This document shows positions 27,845 through 32,000 of a stretch of 32,000 bases of DNA, one piece after another. Every line of letters starts with the position of its first letter. Positions within the stretch are counted from its first letter, which is position 1. Below the pieces are notes generated by a model, which was not told where the DNA came from, ran no database searches, and worked only from the letters and a program-made list of their open reading frames with translations. A program made the position numbers and the translations under genes. The DNA is taken from the NCBI RefSeq assembly GCF_000092105.1, contig NC_014148.1, positions 3,000,001 to 3,032,000 on the forward strand, read 5' to 3'. The stretch is from Planctopirus limnophila DSM 3776 (GTDB taxonomy: Bacteria > Planctomycetota > Planctomycetia > Planctomycetales > Planctomycetaceae).

Positions 27845-29602
27845 ATGGTGAACAAGCCGACGAAATCCAGTGAATTTTCCAGCCAGAGCGAGCGTGCGAT
27901 CCGACACACTCAACGAGCGACGAAAGATGATTCGCTTCCACAGAAACTTGCCAAATCATTTCTTCTGCCAGGAATCGCCATCTGTTTAACATGGATGATT
28001 CTTTGGTATTTTCGCTGGCCGCTAGGAATTCCCGGTGAATGGGTCTGGTGGCGAATCGACTGGAATGAACCCGATCGATGGATCAATCTGCTGTTGGGAT
28101 TGATCGCTGGCCTGGCCTATCTGGCCTTTGTGCTGGCCGGCGCACGCCGAATCGATCACCTATCATCCGCCAGAAAACAACTCTGGATCGGCGGCCTGCT
28201 GATCGCAGCTCTCGTCTGGAGTTTCCTGGTGATTGAGCTGGCCCCCTCTTCTGCGCGGTTCGGCAAAGCCCCTTTTGTGCTCTATTACCCGGCTTCTTCC
28301 GGGTACTTCACCATTGCCAGGCACGAGAGTCCTCAAGTCGATCAGTTTTTGCAAACTTACCCTGAGCGCGTGCGGCAAGGTGATGTTCTGCATGTCGGCA
28401 CTCATCCGCCAGGCTTGTTTCTGGTCTTTCATGCGATTTCGTACGTTGTGGAAAACGCACCTTTCGTCAGGAATCTCGCGATTGCCACCATGCCCGTTTC
28501 ATTCCATGACGCCTGTGGAATCATTGAAGAGAATGGGCAAAACACGCCTCACCCCATGACGTCAAAAGATGCGGCGATTCTCTGGCTGGCCACCATGCTC
28601 GTCCTCATAATGGCTGCGGGGACGACGCTCCCTCTGTACCTGCTTTGTGCACAATTTTCATCACCCCGCTGTGCATGGCTCAGCGCTGCTCTTTGGCCGC
28701 TGGTACCTGCCAGTTTGGTCTTTATCCCTAAGTCTGATGCCGCATTTCCCTGGCTTTCGACCATGCTCCTCCTGGGGATCAGTTGGCTCTGCCAGATCAG
28801 ATCCACAAGACCCGTCTGGCAATTCACGATTGTCGGATTCCTCTGGGGGATTCTGGCCATGATCTCAATGCTGCAATCGCTGGCCTTCGCTCCGGTTCTA
28901 TTGATGTGCTTCCTCTATGGTCTGGTCACGATTGCGACCTGTTACATCCACCGGAGCGATCACGATGGGTGGTCGCATATCGTAAGGAATCTCGTCGCCG
29001 GTCTGGCTGTGCTTGGTGGATTCCTGGGATCGACCATTCTCTTTTCAGTCCTCTCAGGTGCCAACCTGGGGTTCATCTGGTGGCAAAATTCGATCAATCA
29101 CAGCCGCTTTTATGAAGTCTCCCCGAGAACCACATGGTTATGGTTCATTGTTTCACCAGTTGAACTGGCTTTTGCCGTGGGCTGGCCTGTCTTTTTGCGA
29201 TTTCTTATTTCTATGCGTTTTCCGGATTCATCTGGTAACGAACAAACCCTCAAAAGTCACTGGCAACTGCTTGGGCAATCCTTCGCCAAGCCCACCCGTA
29301 TTGCCGATGGATGGCGCCTGGCAGCCTGTTGCCTGAGTGTCTGGTTGTGGCTCTGGTGTTCCGGGAAAAACAGTGGCGAAGCAGCTCGGCTGTGGATTTT
29401 TCTCATGCCGATTCTGCTCTGGGTGCCCACGCTGGCCAGAGCCGATCAGTGGACGGGAAGAACACCTGGTTTGCCAAAACCCGAATCTGCGTGGTGGGAA
29501 CCAACCGGCCCCGCCATCTGGCTGACGGCGCAGATCATCGTCTGCCTGTTGACCGTTTGGCGCATCTCGGGATTCGACTTTGGTGGCGGTTTGTTTGATT
29601 AA
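27845..29602 (+). CDS. Polytopic (~14 TM) membrane protein of unknown function, possibly GT-C-like
   Basis: 585 aa, Trp-rich, with about 14 hydrophobic segments. Loop motifs include RIDWNEPDRW after TM1 and a long loop YYPASSGYF...GDVLHVGTHPPGLFLVF. No family was recognised with confidence. ATG 27845 is the first start after an in-frame TAA at 27833. Confidence 0.7.
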   Translation: MVNKPTKSSEFSSQSERAIRHTQRATKDDSLPQKLAKSFLLPGIAICLTWMILWYFRWPLGIPGEWVWWRIDWNEPDRWINLLLGLIAGLAYLAFVLAGARRIDHLSSARKQLWIGGLLIAALVWSFLVIELAPSSARFGKAPFVLYYPASSGYFTIARHESPQVDQFLQTYPERVRQGDVLHVGTHPPGLFLVFHAISYVVENAPFVRNLAIATMPVSFHDACGIIEENGQNTPHPMTSKDAAILWLATMLVLIMAAGTTLPLYLLCAQFSSPRCAWLSAALWPLVPASLVFIPKSDAAFPWLSTMLLLGISWLCQIRSTRPVWQFTIVGFLWGILAMISMLQSLAFAPVLLMCFLYGLVTIATCYIHRSDHDGWSHIVRNLVAGLAVLGGFLGSTILFSVLSGANLGFIWWQNSINHSRFYEVSPRTTWLWFIVSPVELAFAVGWPVFLRFLISMRFPDSSGNEQTLKSHWQLLGQSFAKPTRIADGWRLAACCLSVWLWLWCSGKNSGEAARLWIFLMPILLWVPTLARADQWTGRTPGLPKPESAWWEPTGPAIWLTAQIIVCLLTVWRISGFDFGGGLFD

Positions 29603-29797
29603 AGACTTTGAAGGTTCCTTCCTGCCCATCAACATGTAGACATTTCGCAACAGATATGGATTGTCTGCCCGCCCTCGTATTCGAACTTTCCGGCAAATCT
29701 GGCAGAGTGCAGGGCCATCATCGCTCACTCTTGCCGAAAGAAGCCAGCCCATCGCCGCACATGAGGGCAAGCTGAAGCATACACTGGAGGAGTCTGT

Positions 29798-30649
29798 ATG
29801 TTTCGCTGCATTTGCCCCACGTTGTTCATCCCGCTTACCTGGGCAGCCATGAAGTTTCTGGTGCTCTTCCTTTCCATTGGTACGATCACCGCCTTGGGTT
29901 GCGAATCTGCACCACCTGGGCCGGTTGTGATAATTCGCCCGGACGAACCGTTGGCCCCGGAAGATTGGTCGACCTTCGAGCGGATTGTTAAATCCTTGCC
30001 GGGCGAAAAACTCCCGGCCTTTGGCCCGCTCTTCGCACCGCCTCCTCAATGGAAAGATCAGCGGACCATTTCGATCTCTGATCTGCTCAAGGAGGAAACG
30101 GGCCTGCTGGCCAAAAAATGGAACCCGACAGAATTGGGAGCTCAATGGAATCGTTCCACAGCACTTCAGCGGGCACTACGGATCGAGCAGGTGACTCCCG
30201 AACAGTTTGCCGCCTGGACACAGGCCCTCGCTTTAGCGGCCATGAGAAATGTCGCCAGCCCTCGCAATCTGTCGGATCATCTCCGCAAAGAGGCACTTTT
30301 GTCACTGCGTAAGCTGGAAACCGACGAACGGATGTTCTCCACGCTGACGCCTGAAGAGCGGTATCGGATTCTCCGCGATGCGCGTGCACTCGCCAGAGTT
30401 CATCGTCACGAGTGGCTCATGAAGGCTCCCGAAGAAAATCAGCAACTGGCCAAACAGCATGAAGCCTGGCTCAAAAAGGTGCTGCCAGGACATGTCTGGG
30501 CTGATCCCATTCTCGAAGTCACCGACCACGAGTTATCACTCGGCGTTCCTTTTGGTGAACACAAAAGCGATGGCGATGCCCTGCTGCGCTACAATTCGCT
30601 CGAAGGAGATATTTTCTATACTCGCCCCAACGATCCTTCAGCACAGTAA
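29798..30649 (+). CDS. Hypothetical exported protein, possible lipoprotein
   Basis: GGAGGAG lies 5 nt upstream of ATG 29798. An internal ATG at 29849 gives MKFLVLFLSIGTITALG-C (signal peptide with a Cys at the cleavage-like position). The rest is helical-looking and Pro/Trp-containing with no recognised motif. Confidence 0.6.
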   Translation: MFRCICPTLFIPLTWAAMKFLVLFLSIGTITALGCESAPPGPVVIIRPDEPLAPEDWSTFERIVKSLPGEKLPAFGPLFAPPPQWKDQRTISISDLLKEETGLLAKKWNPTELGAQWNRSTALQRALRIEQVTPEQFAAWTQALALAAMRNVASPRNLSDHLRKEALLSLRKLETDERMFSTLTPEERYRILRDARALARVHRHEWLMKAPEENQQLAKQHEAWLKKVLPGHVWADPILEVTDHELSLGVPFGEHKSDGDALLRYNSLEGDIFYTRPNDPSAQ

Positions 30650-30700
30650 CTCACGACTTTAAGCCGCCTGAGATGAGCTGAAGAATCATGTTTCGGCCGC

Positions 30701-31987
30701 TCATCCATCCACACGTCCGGCAGCGAAACGCGCGAACCTGATCAGGGCGATAACTCCTGCGATGCACAGGATGATTTTCCAACTCCACGACCATCCACTC
30801 ACAACGGGACTTGAATTCTCTCTGGAAGTTCGACCGTCGTCCGAGGGGCAAGCTTGGAATGGATTTGCAGATACCAGAGCAGTTTCCCATGGCTCGAAGA
30901 TTCCCTTCCCTGCCTTGCTGATGATCAGAGGCTCATCCTCTTCGGCTGAATAGAACAAAGCCGCCAATTGATATTCATCCGCCAGCCTGAGCCCTTTTTC
31001 TCGACCAGCGACCATGAGTGATGTCGCCCAGCCATCTGCCAGAATCGGGTTTTCATGATAGACACTCACCAGCGAGGCTGAGGCTTTCAGTGGCTGCCCA
31101 GTCTGTGGTTCAATCAGATGAGAAACCTGATCAGGTGATTTGATATCGGGCCATGTTTGTCGATATGTCCCCGATGTGCTCACACAGCCCTTGAGAGAAC
31201 GAACAACGGCCAGGCTTTTTGTCGCATCAACGGGCGATTCGACAAAGATCTTAACTCCGGCCTGATTTTGGGTCTGCGAGAATAATCGCTCGCAATCGAT
31301 CAAATACTCTCCACCTAAGGAGAGCAGGCAAGCCAACACGCCTGCTCTCTGACAACAGCCTCTCATCTTCTCCAGCGCCAGACCTTCGACCAGAGCATTC
31401 AAATCGAGCTGGATCTTTGGATGATTTTTTCGAACTTGTGGTGGTTCAGTCGTCACCTCCACAGCCTGCCAATCAATAATGGGAATGACCTCTGAATTCT
31501 GTTGACGAGGCTGAGGATTCTTCGAACGGGAAGTGGGCCAGATCGAGCGAAACTTTCGGGCTTCCATGACGCCGGCAACCGTTGGGTCAAAGGCTCCGTC
31601 GCTTTGTCTGGCCTGCCGCAACGCTTCCTGCACGAGTCGTGCAAAATCAGGCGAGACAACCTGCCAATCGGTCGCCCTATGGTGATTCCACCGACTGATC
31701 TCTGATTGGCTCTGATACAGCGAAAAGATGGATTCCAGCCTCTCCAGTTCCGCCTGTAACTGCTGCTTCAGAGCCAGTCGATCGAAGGCGACGTCATCCC
31801 GATACCAGACGTGAACCTTCCACCCCATCCCCATGGCCATTCCGGATAGCTCACAAGAAGCGATAGGCGCCCCTGTCTCTGCTGAAACTGCCATTGGAAC
31901 CTGAGACGAGTTCCTTTTCGAGTGAAGGGGCTGCACGCCAAGCGTGCTATCTGGAGATGGCTTTGATTCGCGTTTATCAGAAGCCAC
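30701..31987 (-). CDS. apbE: ApbE-family FAD:protein FMN transferase (divergent), with a C-terminal TM helix
   Basis: SDGAFDPTVAG (ApbE G.FDPT motif), LSLGGEY, VSTSGTYRQ, SHLIEPQTGQP (H.I.P.TG.P), ILADGWATSLMVAG (ADA.STAL.V.G-like). The C-terminal WKIILCIAGVIALIRFARF is hydrophobic. The track start 31987 is GTG and the frame stays open to nt 32000, so the true start may lie off-window. Confidence 0.8.
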   Translation of the reverse strand: MASDKRESKPSPDSTLGVQPLHSKRNSSQVPMAVSAETGAPIASCELSGMAMGMGWKVHVWYRDDVAFDRLALKQQLQAELERLESIFSLYQSQSEISRWNHHRATDWQVVSPDFARLVQEALRQARQSDGAFDPTVAGVMEARKFRSIWPTSRSKNPQPRQQNSEVIPIIDWQAVEVTTEPPQVRKNHPKIQLDLNALVEGLALEKMRGCCQRAGVLACLLSLGGEYLIDCERLFSQTQNQAGVKIFVESPVDATKSLAVVRSLKGCVSTSGTYRQTWPDIKSPDQVSHLIEPQTGQPLKASASLVSVYHENPILADGWATSLMVAGREKGLRLADEYQLAALFYSAEEDEPLIISKAGKGIFEPWETALVSANPFQACPSDDGRTSRENSSPVVSGWSWSWKIILCIAGVIALIRFARFAAGRVDG

Positions 31988-32000
31988 CCCAACAAGGTGA

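Noticed and set aside
29228-30145. 305 aa minus-strand ORF overlapping the end of the ~14-TM gene and the start of the lipoprotein gene
   Set aside because: The composition is Arg/Gly/Pro-rich and low-complexity, typical of an antisense frame of GC-moderate coding DNA. It overlaps two better-supported plus-strand genes that have Shine-Dalgarno sites, and it contains no motifs.
1-32000. Whole-window scan for CRISPR repeats, IS ends or transposases, integrases, toxin-antitoxin pairs and known defence-gene signatures
   Set aside because: No spaced direct-repeat array is present. There is no DDE, serine or tyrosine recombinase-like ORF, and no small adjacent ORF pairs. Nearly all other ORFs of 60 codons or more in the track are alternate-frame or antisense shadows of the genes listed.

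Overview
Gene-dense chromosomal window with about 23 protein-coding genes and mid-range GC by eye. I recognised no rRNA, tRNA, CRISPR array, transposase, integrase or phage gene. All calls rest on reading the supplied translations and the raw sequence by eye; no homology search was run. Most of the window is housekeeping. Minus strand 1-7877: a truncated AsmA/TamB-like gene (absent from the ORF track, hand-translated), a GT-C glycosyltransferase, an AlgE-like porin, pdxJ, speE and a FAH-family enzyme. Then come an NCS2-like permease, rdgB, a very long glnE and a tandem USP protein. A signalling patch at 17.1-21.4 kb holds a cytoplasmic hybrid histidine kinase with Hpt, a lone ABC ATPase and a REC-RsbW-like kinase. 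A plus-strand run follows: hisI, hisG, an amino-acid-kinase-fold gene, a lid-less Hsp70 and a PfkB kinase. Next is a 555 bp structured, partly AT-rich intergenic region. The window ends with an uncharacterised membrane trio and an ApbE-family gene running to the window edge. The protein styles are reminiscent of Planctomycetota, but that is an impression only. I see no clear-cut defence or mobile system. The best candidates for something undescribed are: (1) glnE carrying a tandem ACT-like insertion between its two nucleotidyltransferase halves; (2) the porin / GT-C / AsmA-like envelope module; (3) the HK-Hpt / orphan ABC ATPase / REC-RsbW-like cluster; (4) the structured intergenic region, with a ~29 bp hairpin and an orphan minus-strand terminator; (5) the small TM protein / ~14-TM protein / lipoprotein trio. 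All are hypotheses that need database and structural checks.
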